From Sminthopsis crassicaudata (Eukaryota), in the NCBI RefSeq assembly GCF_048593235.1, contig NC_133619.1, positions 640,562,558-640,626,557 of the forward strand: a stretch of DNA of 64,000 bases, given 5' to 3'. The notes under the pieces were generated by a model, which was not told where the DNA came from, searched no databases, and worked only from the letters and a program-made list of their open reading frames with translations. The position numbers and the translations under genes were made by a program. The stretch's first letter is position 1; every line of letters starts with the position of its first letter. This document shows positions 1 to 11,565 of the stretch, piece by piece.

Positions 1-453
1 GAATCCTCCCCTGAAGTAGTCTCCAGGCTTTCCTCCACAGTCTCTGGGTCCAGCGTCACAGGCCAGCTTGCAAGGTCACTGCAGAGGGCAGCAGCACCGA
101 GCTGGCTGCCCAGGGCCCCCAGCCTTAGTCCTGCCAGGCTCCCGGGAGACCTCTGGGCACCGGGCCAAGTCCAACGCTGCCGGATGGCCTGGCGGTCCGT
201 CTGGTCCCCAGCCCAGATCCCGTTCTGGTCAGCACTGAGTGCAGCAAGAATCTCTCTGACATTTATGAAGCACTGTATTAGCCGTGCCCGCTGGAAGGGC
301 CCGCCGCCAGCTCGGGAAGGGAGAGAAAGCCCAGGCCGCGTGGGGGGCAAAGCCGGGTTGTGCTGCTCGCAGCTCTGCGGCCCCTCCCCTCCCGGCCTCC
401 TCTGAACCCCAGACTGCCTTGGTTTGAACTGCTTCAGTCCCTTCTCCTTTGGT
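1..453 (-). CDS. Candidate coding exon of an unidentified gene, running off the left edge
   Basis: Strong acceptor cctctcctctcttccag| (exon starts 453), with SINE sequence on the intron side. The frame stays open to base 1: PKEKGLKQFKPRQSGVQRR...RARLIQCFINVREILAALSADQNGIWAGDQTDRQAIRQRWTW...DLASWPVTLDPETVEESLETTSGED. No family recognised. The aligned plus frame is also open, so strand is inferred. Confidence 0.35.
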
Positions 454-1910
454 CTGGAAGAGAGGAGAGGCCCACAGCTGGCCAGTGAAACCCCTTCAGT
501 ACCAGGTTCTCGGCCATGTCTGACTCTGGCCCATGGGAGGCTTTCTGGGCAGACACTGCAGTGGTTTGCACTTCCTTCTCCAGATAAGGAGAGCCAGCAA
601 GCTTGGTCAAGTGCCTGCTCAGGGTCCCACGGTTAAGTGTCTGAGTTGGCCCTGGACTCGGGTCTTCCCACCTCCAGACCCGGTGCTCTGTGCACTGCCC
701 TTCGGTAAACAGCAGGGGTGTTTGGTCTCCATGGTTTGTCCGCTTTGTACTTCCAGTGCTTAAGCTCAGTGCCTGGCACACAGCAAGTGCCTAATAAATG
801 CACCTTTGCAGCAGGGTGATGGAAACGCTCTGTAGACTTTTTAGAGATTTGTGGCAGGGAGAGGTGTTCTGGGCCAGATGCTCCCAAGGATGCTCCCAAG
901 GAGCTAAGTCAGTGGGATGGAGAGACAATAGTTATCTGATTTAGCTCGGTCGGTGTGACTGATCTGACCCTACCAGGAGATGTTCTGGGCCTATAAGCGG
1001 GAGCCTCAGCCAGGAGTTAGTCGGGGAGGTTCAGAGGGCAGAGAAGGAGGCGGGAGCTCAAGCTCTCAGAACCAAGGACAGAAGAGGCCTCCGGAAAACT
1101 AGCCCGGCCCCAAGTGTGGGAGACAAAGGAGACGATGAAGGATTTGGACTTTAGCCCCTGCTGCTCATGGGGTGATCACTGAACTGAAAGGAAGGCTGCC
1201 CCAGAGATCCCCAGGAAACCAAACAGAGATTACAGTTTGGAGAGAGCATTACAGAGTCCTTCACGCGTGGGAGGCAGGGAGGCCCTTGGGGTGGACTTGG
1301 ACGTTCACTTGTTGAGAATGACGCCGAGGGGACTCCTGTCCACGTACAGGGTGGCCCAGATGTCGGCTTTAACCCCGGCTGGAAGGATGGAGGGGGGAGT
1401 GGCAGGTGCGCGCTCTCTGATGGATGACGAGGTGCGCAGAGGGACGGACCCTGTGGTCCGCCCTCATTTCTGAAGACCCACGGCCCCGGAGCCCTGCCTG
1501 ATTCCCACGGGTCAGCCCCAGCGGTGGGCCGAGCCACTGAGGGGATGGCGAGGGGCGGTCCTGGTGCCTCCATGTCCTTGGAATAACTTGTTCCCACCTG
1601 CTCGTTCCACCGGGGAGGTCGTTGGCGCAGACATCCCCACGCTTTCCAGCCCCCGGCCTGGCACCTGCCGCGGCTTCTTGGAGCCCCAGGCCGACACCAG
1701 CGGTGGATGAGCAGCCCCAGAAAGGGCCGGCGCCACACAGACCCTGGCCAGGGCGCCAGGCCTGCACTCAGGACACTCCCTCTGCTGCGTCCTAGCCGGG
1801 CGACCCTGCTCAAGTCCCTTCGCTCTGCCTCAGGTTCCTCATCTGTAAATGGAGCTGGAGGAGGGAGTGACAAGGCACTCCGGTATCTCTCCAAGAAAAT
1901 CCCTAACGGG

Positions 1911-2278
1911 CAGAGGTTCCTAACATGGCAGCCTTACGCCTGGCATGCCCAGGCTCTCTGTCCACTGGAATCCTATTTCCGGTGCCCCTTTGTCTCTACC
2001 TTCACCTGTTACTAACCAGACTTTAACTTTATTTCCAAACCCCATAATAAACCCTCTTTTATCAATCTAGGTTTTCGGGTCTGTAAATTCCTTTACAGGG
2101 GACTCTGCACCACCACTAGGCCTCATTTAACTCTATATCCTTGTGCTGAATCCAAAGAGGTTGCAGGGGAGCGCTATTTGACTCTTGGTGCCCTGAACCT
2201 GCCACTAGACCTAATTTCATTTAGTTCAATATTAGGAAAATATATTTAAAAAAAAAAAAAAAAAGAAAGAAAGAAAAA
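1911..2278 (+). mobile_element. LTR R-U5-like fragment with poly(A) tail and 15-bp target-site duplication, inserted into a MIR/Mar1-type SINE
   Basis: Similar to 9288-9580. AATAAA at 2046-2051, A-rich tail at 2248-2278. Flanked by aaaatccctaacggg (1896-1910) and aaaatcccaaacggg (2279-2293). Confidence 0.7.
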
Positions 2279-2693
2279 AAAATCCCAAACGGGGTTATGA
2301 AGAATCACAACAGACATCATCCCCGTGGCCACGTGACCGCTGCTGGATGGGGTTGGGGCTGCAGTTGCCAGTGGAAGCTCCCTAAGGGGCCAGGTGCCCT
2401 TTCTGCCCCTCCCCTCCCCCCAGGTCACGAAGCTCCTCCCCTGCCAGCTCCTGCTGACCCTGGTCTCCTCATGATCCCCGGCCCCATTGTCTCATTCCCC
2501 CCGCCCCCCTTTAGTGCCCTGTCTTTGCCCATCAGACAGCAGGCTCCCCGAGGGCGGGGCCGCTTTCCTTCTATCCCTACTCCTAACCGAGCGCCTGGCA
2601 TGGACTGGGTGCTTCGGAGGGTCCCTGTTGTTTGTTTGTTCTGAAGGGGAAGGTAACACAAAGGGGAGCTCCCCAGTGGGGGCTGGTGGGCCT

Positions 2694-2806
2694 GGGCCTG
2701 GGACCTGGGTGTGTGACCTGGGCCTGGGACCTGGGTGTGTGACCTGGGCCTGGGACCTGGGTGTGTGACCTGGGCCTGGGATCTGGGTGTGTGACCTGGG
2801 CCTGGG
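2694..2806. repeat. 26-bp minisatellite, about 4 copies (gggcctgggacctgggtgtgtgacct)
   Basis: Read directly from the sequence. Confidence 0.9.
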
Positions 2807-5800
2807 GCATGCTGTGCTCCCCAAGGGTTAACCTGAGACCTCCCCCCTCAGACCAGGAGCTCAGGCTCAGAGCCCAGGGCTCCTCCCAAAGGGCTACCGG
2901 CCCGGCGTGGCCACGACCCGCTGCCCCTCCTGGACAAGCCCCCGCTCTGCAGCGCTGAGCTGCTCCTGACTGCAGGAAGGAGGGACTGGAGCACAGGCTC
3001 TCCCAGGTCCCTTCCAGCTCGCCCGTGCTGCATTAGGACCAGCAGGGGAGCCGGCTGCCGGCTCTGCCCTGCCAAGGACACAGGCCCCAGGCCTGGAGGG
3101 CCAAGGTCGGGACCGGCCCCCCCAGCTCCCGTGCCTCGCTGCCTGCTCTTCGGTCGTGACCCTGGGCACCCAGGCACGCCGCACTGTTCTTGGCAGACTC
3201 TGGGGTCGTTCGCCATCCCTCCTGTGGGGGATTAAGGCAAACAGCTGAAGTGGCTTGTCCGGGGTCACCAGCTAGGAAGTGTCTGGGGTCAGATCCGAAC
3301 CCCGGCCCGGGGCCCTAGCTCCTGAGCCACCTGCTGCCTCCGAATGAGCCTTGAGCAGCCCTTCCCTCCCTGGGCCTCCGTTCCCACCTGGCACGAGTGG
3401 GCCAGAGGAGCTCGGCTCCAAGAAGCGTCCCTGCCCCGGGCTCCTTTGTGCCACGAGCCCAGCCCCCCGCAGGGCCTCTTTCTCTGCCTGAAAGGTCATT
3501 AAACCCAGGGTCTGACTCCTTTCTTCCCCTTGATCCTTTATGACCCACAGAGGTCCTGGGGACTCAGGACTGCCAGGGGAGGAGGTGGCTTGGCCAGGAG
3601 CCCCCGAGTCGCCATGGGGCTGCCAGGTGCCCAAGGACTTGGGGCAGGAGCCTGGTGCGAGTCCCGGCTCTGGAGCTCCCCCCGGTGCCCTCTCATTGTC
3701 CCCTGCACAAAAAGGCCTCTGCATCTGCTCCTGCTCTCTGTGCTGGCAGGCGGCACTTGCTGCCCCCGTGGGTGCAGATGGGGCCTGGCAGAGGGAGGGA
3801 CTCCCTCCGGAGAGCCGCCACCTGGCCAGAGGCCGGGAGCCAGAAGATCCTGGGAACCTGGGGAGCTGGCGGGGCCTCGAAGCCTGCCTGTCTCCTTCTC
3901 TGCTGTCAGCAAACCCCCTCCGCTCTGCCCCATCCTCCCTCCCTGCTTCTGCCCTTCCCGGACAAACACTGGGAAGAGTCCCGTGGGCCCTGCTACCTCT
4001 GCCCTCCTCCCTCCCCAGCAGCCATGGCCCTCCCCACACTCTCCCCTCCTCGGCAGCTCCCATGGCGGTGGGTCCCCTTCCCACCAGCAGCATCTAGCCT
4101 GTGCCCCAAAGGCTGGTGCTCTCCAGGACGCTGCTGCAGGTCTTTCTCTGCAGCTTCCCCAGCTTTCTGGCTCGAGGTGCTCTCTCCGCTGAGCTGGGTC
4201 CCCCATTATCCCACAGCCACTTCACAAACCCGCTCCTGTGGGCATCTCACAGCATGGTCACGTGTATCAGCTTCCTCATCCCTTTGAGGGCCCTGCCGGC
4301 CTCCCTCACCCCAGGCTGCCAGCCCAGACTGCCCAGTGGCCTTTGTTGCCCTTGGGGGGCCGGCCCCCATGTTGGCTCAGGCTCGGTGGGCTCTTGACAT
4401 CCGCCGGGCTTCCAGCTTTCCCTTGGCCAGTCCACCCTTCATGGCGCTGGCTAGGGACCGCCACGACCGCGTCCTCTTGGGCATTCCACTGCTTCTCGGA
4501 CAAATGGCAGACCCTTGGCCTGGTGCTTCGGGCCCTCCCAGGAGATCTGGCTCACGGGTTATCGCCGGCCGTGCCAGGCCCGAGCTGTCACTGCCTCCAG
4601 TCGGGCACCCGTGGGCGGCTCGGATTGAGCTTGGCCACCACAAACCCGCCCCGGCCCCGATTCCCCAGAACCAAGTAGCCACGGAGTCCCGTTCCATCGC
4701 CTCTTCTCCCCCCATCAGCTCTGTCTGGAACAGGTACACAAGGCTTCTTGGACTCCGACACCGGCCTTGCTACCAGGCCCTATCCCATCAGACTCTTTCC
4801 CACCAGGCCCCCTCCCACAGGGCCCTCTTCTACTCCATGCTTCTTTCAAGCCTTAGCCAGTGCTTCCTCCTCCATGAAGCTTTCCTTGGTCCATGCTCCT
4901 CTCCGATCTAGTGCCCTGTCCATTTTCCCTGGAATAAGCCTGCTGTGAATCGTGGGCCCCTCCCCCCAGAAGGACGGGGTCTCTGAGGCTCACTGCCCTG
5001 GAGCCGGGCTTGCTGAGCTGCATCCAGACCCTTCTGCCTTAAAACGAGATTGGAGGAGACAGACTCTAAGGGAGCTCCGTAGCCCTGGGTGTCGTCCTTC
5101 ACCGCTCTGGGGGCAGGTTAACCATCCACATGGTGAGGGACAGGAAGGTCACTGGCCTGGTCCAGCCGTGCGCCTGTCCTCCCATTTCCCTAAGCCACAG
5201 CCCAGGAACATTGGCAGGGCACCGTCAAGGCCAACAGGGAACTTCCTGGCTGCCTCTGAGGGAACCCAGCTCTGGACTAACGCCGGGGCTGCAGATCACA
5301 CATCGGCAAGGCCGGGTCCCTCAGCTGGGAAGCACACGGGGCCTGTGGGCATGAGGGCCCGGGATGAAGTCCTGTCTCTTTGGCCAAGGCAGGAACCCGT
5401 GGGCTTCCATTTCTCCATCTGTGAAACCAGAGGCTGGAACTGAGCAGTCTCCGACGGCCCTTCCGGACAGCAGCCTCTGCCCAGCAGACAGGCCAGAGAA
5501 CCAGGAATGGGGACAGCCCTTGCTGTAGGGCTGTGGATCTCAGTAGGGGAGGGCTTTTCCTGGCAAAGGCCCTGAGGCCATTTCCTTCTCCAGTGGAATA
5601 AGGCCATGGGCCTTCCTGCCTCCAGGACCACTGGCTGCCTCTAGGGATAATAACAGCCATAATACAAGAGTATCAACATAATAGTAATCGCTGACACTTA
5701 TACTGTATTTAATAAAAGCAATTCAATGGCTAGAAGGAGCTCTTGGTGAGGAGGAAAGCAGAAGGGTTTTGTCCAAATTTGTATTTCGCCTATTTGCGCT

Positions 5801-6244
5801 GGGCCAGTGAACACTTGGACTTGTTTCCCGCTGGTTTAGCTTATGATGATGGGGAAAGGGGGAAAAGGGGAAAGAGAGCAGGGCAGGATTTGGCATTCAG
5901 AGAGGGAGGTAATGGGGGATGGGGCAGTCATCTCCAAGTCCCGGGGGATTCAGGGGGTGAGGGGGTTCAGAGGCAATTAGTGAAAGGAGAGACCTCTGGG
6001 TCAGAGGAGTTAGTGGGGGGAGGCACTAGCATGAGGAGAGGTTGGGGAGGGCTTCCTGTACCAGGTGGGAGCGGGGAGGAAGAGCATCTCGGGCGGGATG
6101 ACAGTCACAGAAAATGGAGCCCAAAGATGGGGACCTTATCCACAGTCAACCAGGAGGCCGGGGCCAACCAAGGTTGGGGGAGCAGGTGAGGAAGGGCTTT
6201 GAATGTCAAACAAAACATTTTGCATTTGCTCTTGAGGCAAGAGG

Positions 6245-6246
<2 letters not shown>

Positions 6247-6284
<38 letters not shown>
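6247..6284. repeat. (GT)19 microsatellite
   Basis: Read directly. Confidence 0.95.
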
Positions 6285-6286
<2 letters not shown>

Positions 6287-6664
6287 GCTACAACATGAGC
6301 AGATCTGCATTTTAGGAAGACCAACTTAGTGAGACTCGAGTTAGGGGATCCACCAGCAGCTACTGCAGCAGTCCAGGTGGGAGGTGAGAGTCTACACAAG
6401 GGAGCAAGGTGGGGGGAGGGCTGTACATCAACTGCTCTTCAGTCATGTCCCATTCTTTGTCCTGGAGAGGCCGGCCTTGTCCTCCAGCTCATTTTACAGA
6501 TGAGGAAACTGAGGCACACAGGGTGAAGGGGCTTGCCCAGGATCAATTAGGAAATGTCAGCCTGGGTTTGAACTCAGGAAGATGAGTCCACCTGACTTCA
6601 GGCCTAGTGCTCTATCCAGTGGGCTGTCTGGCTGCTGCTGACATGGATGGCTTTTGGCAACACC

Positions 6665-7355
6665 CTATGTAAGAGAGGGAGAGAGGGTGGGAGAGAAGGA
6701 GAGGCAGGAAAAGGGACAGAGAGAGAGGGAGAGAGAAAACAGAGGGAGAGAAAGAGGGAGGGGGGAAGAGAAAAAGACAGAAAAGGAAGAAGAGACAGAT
6801 GAGAGAACAAAAGAGAGGGAGAGACAGAAAAAGAGCCAGAGAGAGACAGAGGGAGAGAGAACAAAAGAAAGAGAAAGAGGGAGAGAGAGACAGATGAGAG
6901 AGAAAAAAGGGAGAGAAAGAGGGAGGGGAGAGAGAAAAGAGGGAGAGAAAGAGAGATGGAGGGGGAGAGAGAAAAAGACAGAAAAGGAAGAAGAGACAGA
7001 TGAGAGAAAAAAAGAGCAGGAGACAAAAAGAGAGAAGGGAGGGAGGGAGAGACAAAAAAAGAGCCAGAGAGAGACAGAGGGAGAGAGAAAAAAAGAAAGA
7101 GAAAGAGGGAGAGAGAGACAGATGAGAGAGAAAAAAGGGAGAGAAAGAGGGAGGGGAGAGAGAAAAAGACAGGGAGAGACAGATGAGAGAAAAAAAGAGG
7201 GAGAGGAAGGGAGGGAGGAAGAACAGACAAAAAGACAGGGAGAAAAAGTGGGCAGAGAGACAGATGAGAGAAGATGAGAAAAGACAGGAGGCAGAGAGAA
7301 ACAAAGAGGGAGGGAAGAAGAGGGAGAGACAAGGAGGGAGGGGAAGAAAGAGAGG
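6665..7355. repeat. About 700-bp GA-rich polypurine tract with internal duplications
   Basis: Almost all A/G on the plus strand; recurring blocks such as gagagagacagatgagagagaaaaaagggagagaaagagggagggg. Confidence 0.9.
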
Positions 7356-7359
7356 CTCT

Positions 7360-7900
7360 TAAAATGAAGATCTCCAGTTCTCTTACAGATTTACTTTCAG
7401 GTGTCTTTAAGTCACATGGTGATGAGACACTGGAGGTCAGCTGACAGCTGGGGGCAGGAAAGGCAGAGGTGAGAATCAAGTCCCTGGGGCTGATGAGATC
7501 ACCACGTGCAGTCTGAGTTCCTAAACTTTTTTTCTGTGTCATCTATGGGCCTCTGTGTGTACTCTGTGGCCTCTGCAAAACTGCTTCCCAAATTCCCATC
7601 TAGCCCCCAATATCCTGAAACCAAGACAGGGCTCGCAGTGATGTGCAAAGGGTAGCTATAGTGTGGAGGGAGAAGAGGGCTCAGGATGGAGCCCTGAGAG
7701 ACACCTGGGGTCAGAGGATGAGGAGGATCCTGTAAGGGAGGCACAGGAGGGGTCAGAGGGACAGCAGGGAACCAGCAAAGAGGGGCATCCTAAAGACCCA
7801 GAGAAGAAAGTCTCGAGGAGAGGGTGCTCCCCAGTATCCGAGGCTGCGAGAAAGGCCAAGGAGGATGAGGAACGGGGAAGGCCATTGGGTCGCTTTGGGA
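7360..7900 (-). mobile_element. Degenerate L2 LINE fragment (RT region)
   Basis: Minus-strand translation GVSQGSILSPLL matches the L2/CR1-clade RT motif GVPQGSVLGPLL. Confidence 0.6.
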
Positions 7901-8821
7901 AGAACAGTTTTGGCGGGAAGATAAGGTCAGCAGCTGGCTCCAAGGGGTTAAGAGAGGAGAGAACGGGAGGCGCTGGGTTGTCTTCAGAGTGGTGGAGGGC
8001 GGGGGGAGGGATCAGGGGGCTTGTTGAGGTCCATCTTTCCTCTGGCTGCTCAGTCTGCGCTGGGCTTCTCAGAGACCCTTAATTGCCATGGTAGGTCCTT
8101 CACTCCCAAGAGGATCCGTGACATCATGAGGCGCTGTCTGGATTGTGGGGGGACTGCACAGAGTCCTCCGCTCACTCCCTCTCTGGTCATCCGAGTCCAG
8201 TGGCAGGAGCCCAGCGGGGATGACGGCCGATGGCCCAGGATGCAGGGCCCCTGGCCATTGTCCCAGTGGGCTTGGGGCCCCTCAGGCCTAGGCTAGTTCA
8301 TCGGCCGCACGGGTCACCGGGGTGTGGCTCCCGGGCAGGGGGCAGCTTCTTGGAGCCGCAGTGAGAAGTGGGTGAGAAGCAGACACGCTTGTGGGGGGGC
8401 AGCCCTCAGCCTAGAGTGCTAGTGCTCCCGGGCGCCCCATACACACAGCCAGGTGTCTATTAGATGGCCTGAAGGAGCCACGGGCTTACCGAACCCCCCC
8501 CCCCAATCTCTCTGGCTGGCTGATGCTAGTTCTAGACTCTCTCAGGATGACCTTGTGGTGAAAGCATATGCACAAATCTTAATTTTCTTTACAAAGATCA
8601 AAAAATGCTGTTTTCCACTAAAGTCCTTTCCAGACTCCTGAGGGAAAGAAAGCTTTCCTTTAGGAACAGAATTATGGGATAAAGAGAAAGCCCAAAGAGT
8701 ATCTCCCCACCAGTAGCATTTCCCCATTGCCCCCCAAGGCCCCTAGAATAATGACCATTCAAAGCCAATTCTTTCAGCCCCTTAAGAAATTAGGCTCTTC
8801 CACCCTAAAGAATGTCACCTT

Positions 8822-8950
8822 GGGGCAGCTAGGGGGCGCAGTGGATAGAGCACCAGCCCTGAATTCAGGAGGTCTCAGACACTTAACACTTCCTAGCTGT
8901 GTGACCCTGGGCAAGTCACTTAACCCCAGCCTCAGGGGGAAAGAAGAAGA
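8822..8950 (+). mobile_element. WSINE1-like tRNA-derived SINE with internal deletion
   Basis: ggggcagctagggggcgcagtggatagagcaccagccctgaattcagg...gtgaccctgggcaagtcacttaacccc; flanking gtcacctt duplicated. Confidence 0.85.
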
Positions 8951-8998
8951 GTGTCACCTTGTAGATGCAGAGTAAGACACAACCTCCAGGTCAACTCT

Positions 8999-9600
8999 TG
9001 TTATGGACATAGCTCTAGGGGAGAAGTCCAGTAGATGTGGGTTGTGCTCCCTCTAAGAAACTAATCCTTTCAGATGGATTTATTCCAGCCCCTCCTGGCT
9101 GATGCATTAGCAATTCCAGAAGCTAGGACCTTTGACTCACAAATCCAGTCAAAAGCAGCCCTTTGAATTCCAACAGGAGATCTGGGACAGGACGGCCCCC
9201 TCTGGATCTGAGCCAACCTGGGACACCACCCACGGGCCCCTTTAGCTAAAGCTCTCATTATAAAAGAGCCAAGCTGGAGCCCTCTTTGCAGAGGTTCCTA
9301 ACACGGCAGCCTTACGCCTGGCACGCCCAGGATCTCTGCCCAGTGGAACCCTGGTTCCGGTGCCCTCTTGTCTCTACCTTTAACTTTACTAGACTTCACT
9401 TCCAAACCTCATAATAAATCTCTTTTATCAATCTAGATTTTTCCGGTCTGTAAATCCCTTTACAGGGGACTCTGCGCCGCCACTGGGACTCATTTAACTC
9501 CGTATCTTTGCGCAGAATTCCGAGGGGTTGCAGGGGAGCTCTATTTGACTCCCTGTGCCCCATAGTTTCATTTAGTTCCCCCAATTCTAGACCTCATGAC
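8999..9600 (+). mobile_element. Probable solo ERV LTR
   Basis: Starts TG (tgttatgg), TATAAAA at 9259-9265, AATAAA at 9413-9418; 3' half similar to 1911-2227. Ends approximate; no TSD confirmed. Confidence 0.55.
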
Positions 9601-10312
9601 GGTGACGCCTCCGGGTTCTAGCAGAGGGTCCCAGTGAGGAAGGGGCCAGAGACGTGCCTGTTTAATGCTGGGCCGTCTTTTCTTTGCTCACGATCCCCAC
9701 AAACGGGACCTAAGATTGGGGGCCTTGGTTGCAGCCTGGACACTCCCCAAGTTAGAAATGGCTTTGGCGTTGGAGAGAATTGTTCCCGGCAGACTCAGGC
9801 GAATTCCAAGGTGCCAAATTAAAATGACATCTTCTCCAACAAAAGGACTCCCGGGGCCACGTTCTGGCTCAAGTCTCAGCACCAAGAAGCCACTTTTGCC
9901 CCAAGCCTCAGTCCTCCCAATCAGAAGACTTCCCGTGCTCTGCCACGCCCACGGAGCCCACGGGTTCCACCTCCAGAATGCCTCTCCCCTTTCCTTCGGC
10001 CCCCTCCCCCAGGCCTGACCCCAATCCCAACCCCTACAGCCCGTGCCCATAGCTGCCCAAACCGCTCCTGTTCAATGGAGGCCGCCGGGGGCCGCTGCCA
10101 AGAGGCAAGCTCTGGTTCTGAGTGGGGGGGGGTCAGGCCCTCGCTCTGCCAGCTTTGTGATCTTTGTCAAGGCAGCCTGGACCTCAGGGTCAAAAACAGG
10201 TGGCGGGTGGTGGGCTCCGGCCCCACAAGTCCTCGGCCGCCTGTGCCCCAGACCCATCCGTGCACAGGGAGGATCACGCCCGCACAGACGCCATCACACA
10301 CAGAAATCTGGC

Positions 10313-10318
10313 TTTATT
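10313..10318 (-). terminator. ZNF428: ZNF428 polyadenylation signal (AATAAA)
   Basis: tttatt on the plus strand, about 100 nt past the stop codon. Confidence 0.75.
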
Positions 10319-10415
10319 TGAACCTAACACAGCTACTGTCCAGAAGACACAGACGTGACCGTGGCTCCGCCCCCCTGACCCTTCTCTCAGCCCCGCCCCC
10401 CTGGGGGGGCCAGCC

Positions 10416-10915
10416 TCACACCTCCCCTCGGGCGTGCAGCATGAAGTGGCCGTGAAGCTCCCCCAGGTCGTCGAAGGAATCCTCGCACTCTGTGCAGTGG
10501 TAAGCGCCCCCCTCATCCCCAGGGGGCCCATCGCCTCCAGTGGAGGTGGCCCCCTCGTCCTCTTCCTCCTCCTCCCCCGCCTGGCGCTGAGCGGCCGTGC
10601 GGGCAGGGGGTGTCGCCTGGGCGGCGGCGGGGCGGCAGAGCCGACAGGGCGGGCCCCCCGGGGCTGTGGCCCCCTCCCCCGGGGGCGGGCGGCCACACAG
10701 GGCGCAGGGCTGGGGAGGGGGCCCTGGGGGTGGGGCAGCCCGAGGGGCCCTCCGCGAGGGTGCCCCGCGCCCCCCACCGAGACGCTGCTTCACCTTGTAG
10801 CCGGGGTCGTATTCGGGGTCATCTGTGGTTTCCTCCTCCTCCTCCTCCTCCTCTTCATCCTCATCGGAGTCGGGCTCCGAGAGGGTATAGTCCGAGTCGG
10901 AGGGGTGCTCTGGGC
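10416..10915 (-). CDS. ZNF428: ZNF428 last coding exon (acidic tract, C-terminal C2H2 finger)
   Basis: Acceptor ggcag|GCCCAG; PEHPSDSDYTLSEPDSDEDEEEE...TTDDPEYDPGYKVKQRLGGGRG...YHCTECEDSFDDLGELHGHFMLHARGEV* matches ZNF428. Confidence 0.97.
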
Positions 10916-11002
10916 CTGCCGAGAGAGGGGTTCGATCTGGGGCTCCCCCGGGAGGAAGGCTGCTCCCGGCCCCCAGGGCCCGGCTCGGGCTCAGCACCTC
11001 AC

Positions 11003-11078
11003 CTGGGGACAGCTCCTCCTCGTCCTCCTCCAGGCTGGCGTAGCCCCCGGTCTCCGCGCTCTCCCGGGTCTCCGTCAT
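11003..11078 (-). CDS. ZNF428: ZNF428 first coding exon (CDS part; probable acceptor at 11157)
   Basis: MTETRESAETGGYASLEEDEEELSP+G|gtgag. 76+500 nt = 576 nt, 191 aa. Confidence 0.97.
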
Positions 11079-11565
11079 GGCCGGGGCGGCGACGGCAGGA
11101 TGGGCTCCCCCAGCCCTCTTTCCACGCAGGGCCTCTTCTCTGCAGGGGCCCCGGCAGCTGGGACAGCGGAAAGACGGGTTCAGGAGCGGGCCGCCGGGGG
11201 AGGGAGAGAGGAGCACCCGAGGTCCGGACGGGCAGACGAGGCGGCGGCGCCTCCTGGAGGAGACGCTCCCGTGCCCCTGACGGGGGGCAGGAGACACCCT
11301 GTAACGTCCAACAGGCCTGTGTCCGCCCCCTCCCCACCCTCAGGGCCTGTGTACGAGCTGGTACTATACACTTTGCATTGGACTGAAAGCCCCTTGAGGG
11401 CAAGGCCCGCCTGCCCCGCTTTGTATCCCCTATGCTCAGCACAAGGCCTGGCACACAGCAGAAGCTTAATGTTTGCTGAATGGGGCACACAGTATGCGCT
11501 CGATAAATGTACTGAATGGATGCCTGCTTTCATGATTACAGAATGAATGAACGAATGAACGCCGG

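Noticed and set aside
6604-7542. Long ORFs (312, 230 and 207 aa) over the GA tract
   Set aside because: Low-complexity sequence that lacks stop codons by composition; no splice or start context.
1911-9600. Two related LTR pieces 7.4 kb apart read as one provirus
   Set aside because: No gag, pol or env motifs between them. The left piece has a poly(A) tail and its own TSD, and the copies are clearly diverged.
9688-10257. Two same-frame minus-strand ORFs separated by one stop just past the ZNF428 poly(A) signal, with a faint PDZ-like phrase (GFLVLRLEP...GEDVIL)
   Set aside because: No convincing splice sites or start context, and the resemblance is too short; GC-rich chance ORFs are the simpler explanation.
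10434-11546. 370-aa plus-strand ORF
   Set aside because: Antisense shadow of GC-rich ZNF428 coding sequence.
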